Notes: generated from the sequence alone by a model not told the origin. Shown: positions 17,856 through 27,587, counted from the stretch's first letter. The stretch: 64,000 nt of DNA from Deltaproteobacteria bacterium (GCA_026129095.1 JAHCIT010000010.1:62001-126000); one strand, 5' to 3'. Numbers and translations are program-made.

Positions 17856-19490
17856 TCAATCCACTTGCTGCTGTTCCAGCATGGCCATCGCCTGTGCCAG
17901 GGATTGCTTGGCCCGGGCCTTGGAGTCCTCATAAATCTTTGACAGGTTTTCGTACTGGTTGCGGAGTTCCTCGTACTGGGCAACCAGTTCGTTGTACTGG
18001 TTCGTAACCGCCTCGGCCTGCTTGACGTATTCTTCCATGGCCTGCTGCGACTGCTGCTGGATTTCCTGGATGTACTGTTCCTGCTGCGCCTGGTAATCGG
18101 CGATCTGGGACTGCATCTGTTCTTCGTACTGTTTGGCCAGATCCTCCATCTGTTTCTGGTAGCTGGCCTCGATCTCCTGGAACTGCTGCTGGTAATGGCT
18201 GTCGGCGTTCTGTGCGGCGGCCTGAAGTTCGGCATTCTGCTGCTCCAGGGCCTGCGCGTGGGCTTCCAGTTCGGGAAGCCGCTGCTGGAACTGGACGATC
18301 TGGCTGGCTGCTTCCTCTTCCTGGGCCTGCATTTCCTCGCGAAGCTGTTCGGTTTCGTCCCGGAGCCGGCTTTCGAGTCCCTGGGCGATTTCAACCTGTT
18401 TCTGGAGTTCGGCGTTGAAACTTTCTAGCCGCTGCTCCAGTTCCGCTACCTCGGCGTTCTTGGCTTCCAGTGCCTGTGCGGCCTCTGTGTAGGCCTCTGC
18501 CTGGGCAGAGAGTTCAGCGACGTGTGCCTGCGCCTGTTCCAGTTCGGCAGCGCGGCTTTCAGCCAGCTCGTGGTATTCATTCACCTGGGCCTGAGCCTGC
18601 TCGAATGATTTTTCCCACTCTGCAAGGCTTTGCCTGAGCGTTTCGGCCTCGGCTGCCTGTGCCTGCAACTCCTCAAGTGTCTTGTCATATTCGGCGATGC
18701 GGGCTTCGGCTTCGGCGAGCTTCTGGTTGAGTTCGGCAACCTGTTGCTCAAGCAACTGGCGGTGTTCATCGGCCCCGCCGGCGGCAGCCGCCAGTTCGGC
18801 TTCGAGCTGGCTGATACGTTCCTGTGCATGGACGAGCTCGGTAGCCGTCGCCTGGCTGGCGGCATTCCCTTGGGCCGATTCCAGTTCCTGGACCTGCTTG
18901 GTGAGCTTCCGGTTGGCTTCCTCGAGCTGGAGGATTTTTGCCGATGCCTGACGGCCCGCTTCGCCGGACTGGAGCGCCTTGGCGGTTTCCTCCTTGGCGT
19001 CCTCTACTTCTTTCTTCAGCCGGTCGATTTCCTTGGCCCGTAGCTCCAGTTCCTTGTCAGTGGCGTGTTCCTCGAACATTGCGTCGATCTTCGAGGCGAC
19101 TTCATCCATGTCGATGCCGCCTTCGTCGAATCCGACAAGGTTCTCGATCGACCGGACAACATCGGCTGTATCAATCGGTTTCCGGAGGTAGTCCTGCGCG
19201 GCGACTTTCAGCTTCTTGTGACGTTCGAAATCCTTGTCGGTCGCTTCCTTCGAGACGATGATGATCGGCAGGCTGCTCTGTTCCTTGATTTTCTTGCAGA
19301 TGACGTATCCGGAGGCGTCAGGGAGTTCGAGCGAGAGCAGCAGCAGGTCCGGCATCTTCCCGGCGATACGCTCTGTCGTCTCCTTGCCGGAGGCGACGAT
19401 ATCCGCCTGCACCTTTCGTTTGGAAAGTGCGTCCCTGATAGCCTCGGCAAAAGGCTGGTCGGCATCTGCGATCAAAATAGTTCGGGGCAT
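17856..19490 (-). CDS. Pseudo-receiver + long coiled-coil protein (FrzS/AglZ-like architecture)
   Basis: REC fold with Ser at the phospho-Asp position (LLLLSLELP), then about 400 aa of E/Q/A-rich heptads. Confidence 0.8.
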   Translation of the reverse strand: MPRTILIADADQPFAEAIRDALSKRKVQADIVASGKETTERIAGKMPDLLLLSLELPDASGYVICKKIKEQSSLPIIIVSKEATDKDFERHKKLKVAAQDYLRKPIDTADVVRSIENLVGFDEGGIDMDEVASKIDAMFEEHATDKELELRAKEIDRLKKEVEDAKEETAKALQSGEAGRQASAKILQLEEANRKLTKQVQELESAQGNAASQATATELVHAQERISQLEAELAAAAGGADEHRQLLEQQVAELNQKLAEAEARIAEYDKTLEELQAQAAEAETLRQSLAEWEKSFEQAQAQVNEYHELAESRAAELEQAQAHVAELSAQAEAYTEAAQALEAKNAEVAELEQRLESFNAELQKQVEIAQGLESRLRDETEQLREEMQAQEEEAASQIVQFQQRLPELEAHAQALEQQNAELQAAAQNADSHYQQQFQEIEASYQKQMEDLAKQYEEQMQSQIADYQAQQEQYIQEIQQQSQQAMEEYVKQAEAVTNQYNELVAQYEELRNQYENLSKIYEDSKARAKQSLAQAMAMLEQQQVD

Positions 19491-19538
19491 CCGGAATTTA
19501 CCGCCACAAGACAGAAGGCCAATGAAAACCGAAAGTTA

Positions 19539-19568
19539 ACAGTAAGAAAGAGGACCAACCCCTGTCAA
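19539..19568 (-). promoter_or_regulatory. Possible sigma70 promoter
   Basis: TTGACA-N18-TACTGT on the minus strand, about 50 nt upstream of the coiled-coil gene. Confidence 0.4.
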
Positions 19569-19631
19569 TATGGAGCTGTGCATTTGTCGGCTATGGAAGT
19601 GAACCGATCAAGAAGGCACCCGGCATCATCT

Positions 19632-20414
19632 TCAGGCGGCCGGGACACGGACCTCGGAGGAGAGACCGTCGTATCCGACCAGCACATTTCCCGGCATCTT
19701 CCCCTGCAGCTCATCATGGTCAACATCATGCGTCATATGGGTAAATATGCACAGCCGGGGAGCAAGATCCTCCACCACGGCGAGCGAACTGGAAATGGAC
19801 ATGTGCGTGGGGTGCGGATCCCACCTGAGGGCGTCCAGGACCAGTACATCGAGATTCCGGAGCCGTTCGCGAGCGGCGGCAGGCACATCATTACAGTCCG
19901 TTACATATGCAAATGGGCCGATCCGGTAGGCAAAGGTCGTTCCGGCGGGTCCATGAGGCACTGGTATGGCTTCCACTTCCGGGAGGTCGAGACAATCAAA
20001 CCGGCCCGGTTCGATGGGAGTCAGCTTCAGTTTCGGGGCTCCGGGATATGACGACATGCCGAACGCGTATCCAAAGCGGCCCAGCAGCCGTTCGGCAGAT
20101 GGTGTTGGCGCCCAGCAGGGTATGGGCTGGTAACCCTGAAGGTAGTTCATCATCCGGAGGTCATCGATCCCGTGACAGTGATCGGCGTGGTCATGGGTGA
20201 ACAGCACTGCATCCACCCGTTTCAGTCCGTTGTCGAGTGCCTGCCGGCGGAAGTCAGGCGAACAGTCGATGAGAATTTTCCGAGTGCCCGTGTCCAGGTA
20301 GGCAGAAACCCGGAGTCGCCGGTTCTTGGGATTTCCGGATGTACAGACACGGCATGGACACCCGATGACGGGAACACCGGTCGAGGTTCCTGATCCCAGA
20401 ATGGTGACCTTCAT
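19632..20414 (-). CDS. MBL-fold metallo-hydrolase, PhnP-like phosphodiesterase
   Basis: LGSGTSTGVPVIGCPCRVC and THDHADH motifs. Confidence 0.9.
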   Translation of the reverse strand: MKVTILGSGTSTGVPVIGCPCRVCTSGNPKNRRLRVSAYLDTGTRKILIDCSPDFRRQALDNGLKRVDAVLFTHDHADHCHGIDDLRMMNYLQGYQPIPCWAPTPSAERLLGRFGYAFGMSSYPGAPKLKLTPIEPGRFDCLDLPEVEAIPVPHGPAGTTFAYRIGPFAYVTDCNDVPAAARERLRNLDVLVLDALRWDPHPTHMSISSSLAVVEDLAPRLCIFTHMTHDVDHDELQGKMPGNVLVGYDGLSSEVRVPAA

Positions 20415-20431
20415 GGCGGCGATCCTAGCCG

Positions 20432-20470
20432 GAAAAAGATCAGGGGGTCACCAGCCGATGACCCCCTGTA
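20432..20470 (-). terminator. Intrinsic terminator after cysK
   Basis: CAGGGGGTCA/TGACCCCCTG hairpin followed by a T-tract on the minus strand. Confidence 0.7.
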
Positions 20471-20501
20471 ATCCGCTAACGGATCGTGACGGCCCAAGCC
20501 G

Positions 20502-21434
20502 TCAGTCAAACAGGCCGGTGGACAGGTACCGCTCGCCGTAAGACGGGATGATGCAGAGGACGCGCTTCCCGGCGCCCAGTTCCTTGGCCACCTGAAGGGA
20601 GGCAGTCACGTTCGCGCCAGATGAGATTCCGCAGAGGATGCCCTCTTCCTGCGCAAGCCGCCGGGCCATGGCGAAGGCGTCTTCGTTGGAGACCTGGATG
20701 ACACGCTGGTAGATTTTCGTGTTGAGGATGCTGGGCACGAATCCCGCGCCGATGCCCTGGATCCGGTGCGGTCCTGGCTTGCCGCCAGAAAGTACGGGTG
20801 AAGCGGTGGGTTCCACGGCAACTACCTGAACGTGAGGTCCCACCTCCTGCTTCAGGACTTCACCGACGCCGGTAATGGTTCCGCCAGTCCCGACGCCCGC
20901 CACGAACGCGTCTATCTTCCCGTCCATCTGGCGGATGATCTCGCGTGCTGTCGTCTCGCGGTGAACCTTCGGGTTGTCAGGATTGTCGAACTGCTGGGGC
21001 ATGAAATAGTCGGGCCCGGTGGCGGCGATTTCCTGCGCCTTGGCAATCGCGCCGCGCATCCCTTCCGGCCCCGGCGTGAGTACCAGTTCGGCGCCGTAGG
21101 CTTTCAGCAGCTTGCGGCGCTCCAGTGACATGGTTTCCGGCATGGTGAGGATCAGCTTGTAGCCCTTTACCGCACACACGAGGGCAAGAGCGATACCGGT
21201 ATTGCCGGAAGTGGGTTCCACCACTGTCATGCCGGGTTTCAGGCGTCCAGCCTTTTCAGCGCCCATGATCATCGAAAACCCGATCCGGTCCTTTACCGAT
21301 CCGCCGGGATTTTGATACTCGAGCTTTCCGAACACTTCGGCCGAGCCCGCTTCGACGACGCGCCGCAGCCGGATGGCTGGTGTGTTGCCAATCAGTTCCA
21401 GAATGTCGTTGTACAAGCCGCTGTTCATTGCCAT
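20502..21434 (-). CDS. cysK: Cysteine synthase A
   Basis: [10 protein letters not shown] (PLP Lys), [31 protein letters not shown]. Confidence 0.97.
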   Translation of the reverse strand: MAMNSGLYNDILELIGNTPAIRLRRVVEAGSAEVFGKLEYQNPGGSVKDRIGFSMIMGAEKAGRLKPGMTVVEPTSGNTGIALALVCAVKGYKLILTMPETMSLERRKLLKAYGAELVLTPGPEGMRGAIAKAQEIAATGPDYFMPQQFDNPDNPKVHRETTAREIIRQMDGKIDAFVAGVGTGGTITGVGEVLKQEVGPHVQVVAVEPTASPVLSGGKPGPHRIQGIGAGFVPSILNTKIYQRVIQVSNEDAFAMARRLAQEEGILCGISSGANVTASLQVAKELGAGKRVLCIIPSYGERYLSTGLFD

Positions 21435-21566
21435 GACGAAAATCCCTCCGGTCGAAAGTTCGCGCCCGGCGCCGGACTCCTGCAGGTGAGGTTGTCGATG
21501 GGGCGCGTAGCAGGAGCCTAACGGACTGTTCCTTCAATTTGCAACGACAAGGGAATATACAGCCGG

Positions 21567-23003
21567 ATGATGTCGGCATTTATCCCGAGCGGCCGCTCCG
21601 GCCTGCTGTTGGCGGTCTGGGGCCTTGTTTCGGCGGGTGGCTATGCGGTCGCCCGATGGGCCCACGCCTTCCCGGGCAACGACGGGTATGCGGCACTGGC
21701 CCGTGCTGATGGCGGCGCCTGGTGGCTTGGCGCGGCGAGCTATAAGCCGGTGGAACTAGTGCTCTCCTGGCTGGCCGTCCGGATAGGGCCGGACCCTGCC
21801 ATCATGTGGACCCTTTGGGGTGCGGCACATATGGGGCTGCTGGCCGTGATGGCGATACGTCTTGCGGCGGCCTGGTTCGAGGAATATCCGGCATCCGGGT
21901 GGCTGGCAGCAGTTCTCGTGGTGGTCAATCCCCATGCCTGGGAACTGTGTTTTTGCATGAACTCGGTGGCGACGCTTTCTGCCGCAGTACTGTGGTTCGG
22001 GGCGGCCGCCACGGGCGGCCGGCGCCGGGAAGTGGTGGCCGCGCTTGTGCTGATGGCACTGTCGCGGATCGACGGGCTAGCGGTGGCGCTTGCCGTGGGA
22101 CCGGCATGGGCACTGGCAGCGCCTGGGCCGGGTGAAAGCGGAGACGAGAGCGGAAAGGACCAGCGCTTCCGGATGGCCGGTTCAGCGGCCGCACTGGGGG
22201 CATCGCTCGCCATCTGGCTGCTGCTGGGCCGGATCCTGAACGGACAGTGGCTCGGACTCATCGCCAACATGGAAAGCTACTCGCGGGCTGCGAGCCCCCA
22301 CCGGTTCGGCATGGTGGAGCTTCTCGTCTGGATGCGCGGCGCAATCTACACGATGACGAGCGACGGGCTCGTTCTTCTGGCGGCGGGCGGCGCCATCGCG
22401 CTTGTTTCGACCGTCCACCGCAAGCTCCTCTGGCCGGGCCTTGCCCTGGTGGCGCATCTCGGCGTGATCTTTCTGCTGGGGATCACGGGCAGTCCGTTGT
22501 TCCACCGGTTCATGCTGCCGGAAGTCCTGCTCGCTGTGTGCCTCTCGGCCGGCGGGCTGTTCTGGATATCGGCGCGTATCCCGGCGAAGCCAGAGTGGCG
22601 GATATCCGCTTTCGTCGTTCTGTTTGCTGCCGGGGTCGGCGGCTATCTCGGTGATCTCCGGGAGCTTGTGCCGGTGCGGGAGTCGAACCGCGCCGTGCAG
22701 TCGGACAGCCGCGTCGCCGGGGACTGCCTCGAACGGGGCGTTGCGGACTACCCCGGCAGCGCTGCCGTTGTCCCTGACCGTCTCCACGGGCCGCTGCTCT
22801 GGCGATTCCGGCATGACCGGGTGAGGGGAGTCGCCTACTGGCGGGAGTTCGTTTCCCGTCAGCATGAAGACAGGCGTTCGCTGATTGTCCTCGGTTTTCG
22901 GGGCGGTCCTGACCTGCCCGGATGGCTCGGCAAGCCAGATGAAGTACGCCCATGCGGCGGAACCTTCTGGCTGAATCTGTACCTCGCTCCCGCTACTCCT
23001 TAG
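21567..23003 (+). CDS. Polytopic membrane protein, possibly GT-C (ArnT/PMT-like) glycosyltransferase
   Basis: About 11 TM segments. LSRIDG and HRFMLP resemble GT-C-type R-x-E/D-G and R-F/Y-x-x-P motifs. Soluble C-terminal tail. Confidence 0.5.
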   Translation: MMSAFIPSGRSGLLLAVWGLVSAGGYAVARWAHAFPGNDGYAALARADGGAWWLGAASYKPVELVLSWLAVRIGPDPAIMWTLWGAAHMGLLAVMAIRLAAAWFEEYPASGWLAAVLVVVNPHAWELCFCMNSVATLSAAVLWFGAAATGGRRREVVAALVLMALSRIDGLAVALAVGPAWALAAPGPGESGDESGKDQRFRMAGSAAALGASLAIWLLLGRILNGQWLGLIANMESYSRAASPHRFGMVELLVWMRGAIYTMTSDGLVLLAAGGAIALVSTVHRKLLWPGLALVAHLGVIFLLGITGSPLFHRFMLPEVLLAVCLSAGGLFWISARIPAKPEWRISAFVVLFAAGVGGYLGDLRELVPVRESNRAVQSDSRVAGDCLERGVADYPGSAAVVPDRLHGPLLWRFRHDRVRGVAYWREFVSRQHEDRRSLIVLGFRGGPDLPGWLGKPDEVRPCGGTFWLNLYLAPATP

Positions 23004-23355
23004 ACTCGCCCTTGATCTCCAGGCTCGGATCGCGGGTATCGGCGATGGGTATGTCGAGAATCTCCTGCCGTCCGTCGGCGTGCTCCAGCGTCCATCGCGT
23101 CCGGGTGTGCAGCACCTTGGCACGCAAGGCCATCCCCTCGTCGGAGATTTCGAGCGGGAGCTTGAGGTCGATCGCCCCCACCGGGCAGTGCTTCACGCAG
23201 GCGGCGCAGTCCCAGCAGTCGGGCAGCCGTTCCAGGATGGCCGCCTTGCGGTCCGGTTTCATGAACAGCAGGTCGCCGGGGCAGACCATGACGCACATGG
23301 CTTCCTCAGCCTTCCCGCAGCCATTGCAGATATCCTCGTCGATGAAGATGCTCAC
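22993..23355 (-). CDS. aprB: Adenylylsulfate reductase beta subunit (2x[4Fe-4S] ferredoxin)
   Basis: CNGC..C..VCPGDL and CWDCAACVKHCP. GTGA overlap with aprA. Confidence 0.8.
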   Translation of the reverse strand: MSIFIDEDICNGCGKAEEAMCVMVCPGDLLFMKPDRKAAILERLPDCWDCAACVKHCPVGAIDLKLPLEISDEGMALRAKVLHTRTRWTLEHADGRQEILDIPIADTRDPSLEIKGESKE

Positions 23356-25100
23356 GGCCGGCCGCTCTCCAGAGGGCGAGTCACGGCCCGGACCTCGTTA
23401 CTCTTGGTGTCATAAACCGTATTGACGAACTTCAACCAGTTCGCGTCGTCACGTTCGGGATAGTCCGTTCGCGTCTGGTAGCAGGGCCAGCGGGTTTCCT
23501 TTCGGCAGTCCAGGTGCTCGACCAGTGCACGGGCGACGAGAATCCGGTCAATCACTTCGTGGGCGAGCATGAGGTCGTGCATCTGCGGTGCCGCCATGCG
23601 ATCCACCACGCCTTCCAGCTTCCTCAGCGCATGGCGGGCGATGTCGAGCCGGTCGGCCCTGAGTTCGTATTCCTTCGAGATACCGCCCGCATATTCATCC
23701 ATCAGCTTCTGGAGGCGGAGTTCCACCTCTTCAGGGAGCACGTAGCCGCTCACCGGGCCCCGGTATTTCTCGCGCCGGACGAAGGGTTTGTAGACGCGCT
23801 CCTGTTCCCGGCGGGCGTTTTCTTCCAGTTCATCGCGGTCCGCTTTGCCGCTGTTCCCGGTGTCCGGGCGGCTCAGGATGTCATCAACGGCGATCATCGC
23901 CTCGGCCCAGCCGCCGGAGGCGTACTTCTTGGGCGCGCCGCCCGCCACGTCGCCGATAGCATGGAGGCCCGGAATGGTCGTCCGGCGGTCTGTGCCGATC
24001 CAGTAGCCCGACATTCCGTGCCCGCCCTGCACGTAGGGTTCCGACCCGCAGATGCGGACGGGGTTCAGCTTGGGGTCGATCCGCTTGTCGCCCCACATGA
24101 GCAGAATTGAAGGGGACATGTCGAGATATGAGGTCTTGATCTTCACCATGTCCGCCTCGGTGAGGTGGCTGGTGTCGAGGTAGCAGGGGCCCCGCCCGGC
24201 GCGGTCTTCCATGAGCGTCGCCAGGAGGCGGTGCGCGGTGGACATCTTCTGGCCGCCCCAGCCGGAGTAGTATTTTTCCAGGTAGTTCTCGCCAAGACGG
24301 TTCACCTGCTTGCACTTGAATCCCTGCGCCAGCACTCCTGTCGGCGACATGAAATCCCGCACCCGGAGGGCGATGAACCTCATCTCGAACGAGGTCATTT
24401 CAGCTCCGGCCCTGAGCCCCATCGCCAGTCCCGCACCCGTGTTGAAAGGCGAATACCAGACCTTGTGCCGGGCGAGGCCCGTGTTGGTCGGCAGATACAG
24501 CCCGCCGCAGCCGCCGGTGGCGATGATGGTATGGGGAGCCCGGATTCGCACGAACGCGCCCGTGCGGACATTGAAACCGAGGACGCCCGCGACACGCCCT
24601 CCGGCCATCCAGAAGTTTGTCGCCGCAACACGGTTTATTACCCGGGCGCCCGACTGGGCGACGGCGCGAGCCATGATCGGCTTGATGCGCTCGCCGCGAA
24701 TCTTGATCGAACCCCGGCCGCGGGGGGTGTAGCTGCCATCCGGTTCCTTGAGGATGGGCAGGCCCCAGCTTTCGACCTTTTTCACCGCCTCATCGAGGCG
24801 CTTTGCCAGCGAAAGCACCAGGTCCTCGCGGATTACACCAAAGTTGTCGTTGGCGACCCACCGGGTAAACGATTCAGGCGTCTCGCCCTTGTTGACATAG
24901 GCATTGATGGAACTGATTCCGGCGCACAGGCATCCGCTCCGGATGATGTTGGCCTTTTCGACGACGACGACATCGAGCGAAGGGTCAAGGCTCCGGGCAT
25001 GCGCTGCCGCGAAAGAGCCTGCCGCTCCTCCCCCGATAATAAGAAGGCCGGCCTCGATATCCTCGACCGCGGGCGTGAATGTGGAAGGGTCTGACGTCAT
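23352..25100 (-). CDS. aprA: Adenylylsulfate reductase alpha subunit (FAD)
   Basis: IIGGGAAG, EKANIIRSGCL, WYSPFNTG, EPYVQGGH, RKETRWP..RTDYPERDD..WLKFVN. Confidence 0.9.
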   Translation of the reverse strand: MTSDPSTFTPAVEDIEAGLLIIGGGAAGSFAAAHARSLDPSLDVVVVEKANIIRSGCLCAGISSINAYVNKGETPESFTRWVANDNFGVIREDLVLSLAKRLDEAVKKVESWGLPILKEPDGSYTPRGRGSIKIRGERIKPIMARAVAQSGARVINRVAATNFWMAGGRVAGVLGFNVRTGAFVRIRAPHTIIATGGCGGLYLPTNTGLARHKVWYSPFNTGAGLAMGLRAGAEMTSFEMRFIALRVRDFMSPTGVLAQGFKCKQVNRLGENYLEKYYSGWGGQKMSTAHRLLATLMEDRAGRGPCYLDTSHLTEADMVKIKTSYLDMSPSILLMWGDKRIDPKLNPVRICGSEPYVQGGHGMSGYWIGTDRRTTIPGLHAIGDVAGGAPKKYASGGWAEAMIAVDDILSRPDTGNSGKADRDELEENARREQERVYKPFVRREKYRGPVSGYVLPEEVELRLQKLMDEYAGGISKEYELRADRLDIARHALRKLEGVVDRMAAPQMHDLMLAHEVIDRILVARALVEHLDCRKETRWPCYQTRTDYPERDDANWLKFVNTVYDTKSNEVRAVTRPLESGRP

Positions 25101-25109
25101 GGGAAGGCT

Positions 25110-25652
25110 CTAGTCGAGCAGCTTCATCTCCCGCAATCGGGCGATGATCTTCGCCGTGCTCTCCTGGACCGACTCCTGGTGGGTATTGCAGACGACCTCG
25201 GGGTTTTCGGGCGGTTCGTAGGGATCGGATACGCCTGTGAACTGGGGAATCTCCCCGGCGCGGGCCTTCTTGTACAAACCCTTCACGTCGCGGGCTTCAC
25301 ACACTTCGAGCGGTGCGGCGACATATACCTCGACGAACTTTCCCGCGCCCACCATTTCGCGGACCTTGCTTCGCGTCTCCCGGTAGGGGCTAATGACGGC
25401 TGCGACAGCGATCACGTCATTGCGGGTGAGAAGCTCGCACACCCAGCCGATGCGGAGGATGTTGGTGTCCCGGTCCTCGCGGGAGAACGTCAGGCCCTTG
25501 GTTAGGTGTGTCCGCACCACGTCGCCATCGAGTACCTCCACCTTGAGATGCAGCCGGTCTTTCAGCTCTTTGACCAGTGCAGCCGTGATCGTGGACTTCC
25601 CCGCACCGGAAAGCCCCGTGAACCAGATCGTGAAACCCTTTTGTCCAGTCAT
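25110..25652 (-). CDS. cysC: Adenylylsulfate kinase
   Basis: WFTGLSGAGKST, LDGDVVR, RDVKGLY, FTGVSDPYE. Confidence 0.97.
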   Translation of the reverse strand: MTGQKGFTIWFTGLSGAGKSTITAALVKELKDRLHLKVEVLDGDVVRTHLTKGLTFSREDRDTNILRIGWVCELLTRNDVIAVAAVISPYRETRSKVREMVGAGKFVEVYVAAPLEVCEARDVKGLYKKARAGEIPQFTGVSDPYEPPENPEVVCNTHQESVQESTAKIIARLREMKLLD

Positions 25653-25680
25653 GTGCTTTTGGTATTACCGCCCGCGTTCT

Positions 25681-25705
25681 ATATATAACCTTTTTGGTGA
25701 TATAT
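25681..25705. promoter_or_regulatory. Palindromic operator candidate upstream of cysC
   Basis: ATATATAACC-TTTTT-GGTGATATAT, arms match 9/10. Confidence 0.5.
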
Positions 25706-25790
25706 CCAGAAAACTTTGAACTAATGGCTTTACTAGCTGAAATAACTGGAGATTCCAGCTGGATTCAGAACAAGGCCGGAAAACCTGCAA

Positions 25791-25830
25791 ACCGTGGCGA
25801 TGCGTGGTGAGCCGTGGTGAGCCGTGGCGG
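25791..25830. repeat. Four tandem degenerate 10-bp units (core CGTGG)
   Basis: accgtggcga tgcgtggtga gccgtggtga gccgtggcgg. Confidence 0.75.
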
Positions 25831-25839
25831 GAACCTTCT

Positions 25840-26940
25840 TCACCCCCCTTCTGGTGCTTTCGCGCCCGGCACCCTTTCGAGACGCCTCAGGATCAGTTCC
25901 GCCCGTTCGATGTATTTGCGGGCCCGTTCGTGGGTGGGGTCCACGAGGATCACGAGCCGCCATTCGCTGATGGCCTGTTCGTGGTCCTCGCGCCGGTAGT
26001 GGTCGAGTCCCCGGCGGTATATCTCCTCGAGCTGGGGAGTGAGCTTTTCCACAATCTCGTGACGGAGCCGCCCGGCCTTCACGCTGTCGGGGTCTTCGTC
26101 GAGTGCCTCGTTGAGCCGCTCCAGCGCGCACCGGAAGTCGCCGCTTTTTGTGCAGGCCTCGGCCCGGGCGACAAGGGCCTGGGTGGCTTGGGCCACCCGC
26201 TGCCGTTCGGTGCGCTCGGCCTTCTCACGGTCAGACTGTACTGGCCCGGCATCAGTGCGGCTCTGCTGGTGGTAGTTCCGCGCCAGGGTATTGCCCGGCC
26301 AACGCTGGAGGACTTTCTCAAACTCTTTCGCCGCCTCGGCGAAGTCACGCTTTGCATAAAAGTCCATGCCGCGTTCGAAGCTGGCTGCCACCTCCCGGTT
26401 CCACTGTTTTTCGGTTTCATCCAGCCGCTTTTTGGTCTGGCTGTCGAATGGGTCGAGGTAGTTGAGGCGAAGCAGGAGTTCGTGCGCGCCCTCAATATCC
26501 TTTGCCGCCAGTTTTGCCTCCGCCTGCGGGAGCAGTTCGGCGCGGCGCTTTTCCAGATCCTTCCTGAGCGAATCCATCCGGGGGACCAGCTCGGTCTTCC
26601 GGGGATCCAGCTTATAGGCCTCCGAGGTCTGCTGGAGCGCCTCCCCGATCCGTCCGCGCCGCTGGAGCGAACCAGCACGCTTGATCCGCCGGGATACCTC
26701 CTCGGCAAGGATCTTCTCGGTTTCCCGCACGCGTTCCTCGGTATCAGCCCCCGGCGGAGCGGTTTGCCAGACGCGGATCGCCTCGTAGTAGTTCCCGGCC
26801 TTGATGAGCCGTTCAGCCTTGGAAGTCACGGTTGAGGGCCGTTGCATCGGGTCGGTCTTGCCGCCACAGGCGATGAGCAGGGCGAGGGCGACGGTCGTCG
26901 CCAGCCACGGAAGGGGGGAACGGTCGGTCATTGTAAACAT
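25840..26940 (-). CDS. TPR-repeat lipoprotein
   Basis: Lipobox LIAC and several TPR-like helical repeats. Confidence 0.8.
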   Translation of the reverse strand: MFTMTDRSPLPWLATTVALALLIACGGKTDPMQRPSTVTSKAERLIKAGNYYEAIRVWQTAPPGADTEERVRETEKILAEEVSRRIKRAGSLQRRGRIGEALQQTSEAYKLDPRKTELVPRMDSLRKDLEKRRAELLPQAEAKLAAKDIEGAHELLLRLNYLDPFDSQTKKRLDETEKQWNREVAASFERGMDFYAKRDFAEAAKEFEKVLQRWPGNTLARNYHQQSRTDAGPVQSDREKAERTERQRVAQATQALVARAEACTKSGDFRCALERLNEALDEDPDSVKAGRLRHEIVEKLTPQLEEIYRRGLDHYRREDHEQAISEWRLVILVDPTHERARKYIERAELILRRLERVPGAKAPEGG

Positions 26941-26951
26941 GATAGCCGGTT

Positions 26952-27587
26952 TCAGGGGAGAGGGTGGGCCCTAATGGCCTCGATGAGCTTTCGTGCCTTC
27001 AATTCCGGATTTTTCCCGTTCAGTGCGCCGATCACGGCCGCCGCACGGGCTCCGGCGGCAAGGACGTCCGCGATGCTTGATTCACTGATTCCGCCGATGC
27101 CGATGACGGGGATGCTGACTCCCCGGACTGTCCGGGCAAGTTCGGAGAGGCTTCGCCGGGCGCGGAGGTTCCCCTTGCTCGCGGTGGGGTAGAGCGGCCC
27201 GAAGCCAACGTAGCTCGCCCCCAGCCTTTCCATGCGCCGGGCTTCGGCCGGGGTGTTGGTGGATACACCGATAATGGCGCGGGGGCCGAGGATCTGGCGG
27301 ACCGCCTCCAGTGGCAGGTCGTCGGGACCGATGTGGACCGCTGTGCCGAGAACCTTGGCCACGTCTACCCGGTCGTTCACGACAAAGAGCCCACCCTTTC
27401 GGGCGCAGAGCCCCTGAAGCGTCCGGGCGAGACCGAAGTAGTCCTTCGGTGTGGCGGCCTTCCACCGGAGCTGCACGGTGCGGATCCCGGCGGCGAGCCA
27501 GGCCCGGACGGTGCTGACCGTATCAGAACAGTGCTCCGGCCCGGTAATTCCATAAACTCCCGCCGGAATCCGTTGTGGGCGTCCCAT
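26952..27587 (-). CDS. thiE: Thiamine-phosphate synthase
   Basis: VQLRWK, VNDRVDVA, HIGPDD, GPLYPTASK, IGGI. Confidence 0.92.
   Translation of the reverse strand: MGRPQRIPAGVYGITGPEHCSDTVSTVRAWLAAGIRTVQLRWKAATPKDYFGLARTLQGLCARKGGLFVVNDRVDVAKVLGTAVHIGPDDLPLEAVRQILGPRAIIGVSTNTPAEARRMERLGASYVGFGPLYPTASKGNLRARRSLSELARTVRGVSIPVIGIGGISESSIADVLAAGARAAAVIGALNGKNPELKARKLIEAIRAHPLP

Noticed and set aside
21435-21566. CTCCTGC..GCAGGAG stem in the cysK leader as a SAM or other riboswitch
   Set aside because: No riboswitch consensus; short GC stems are expected by chance at this GC content.
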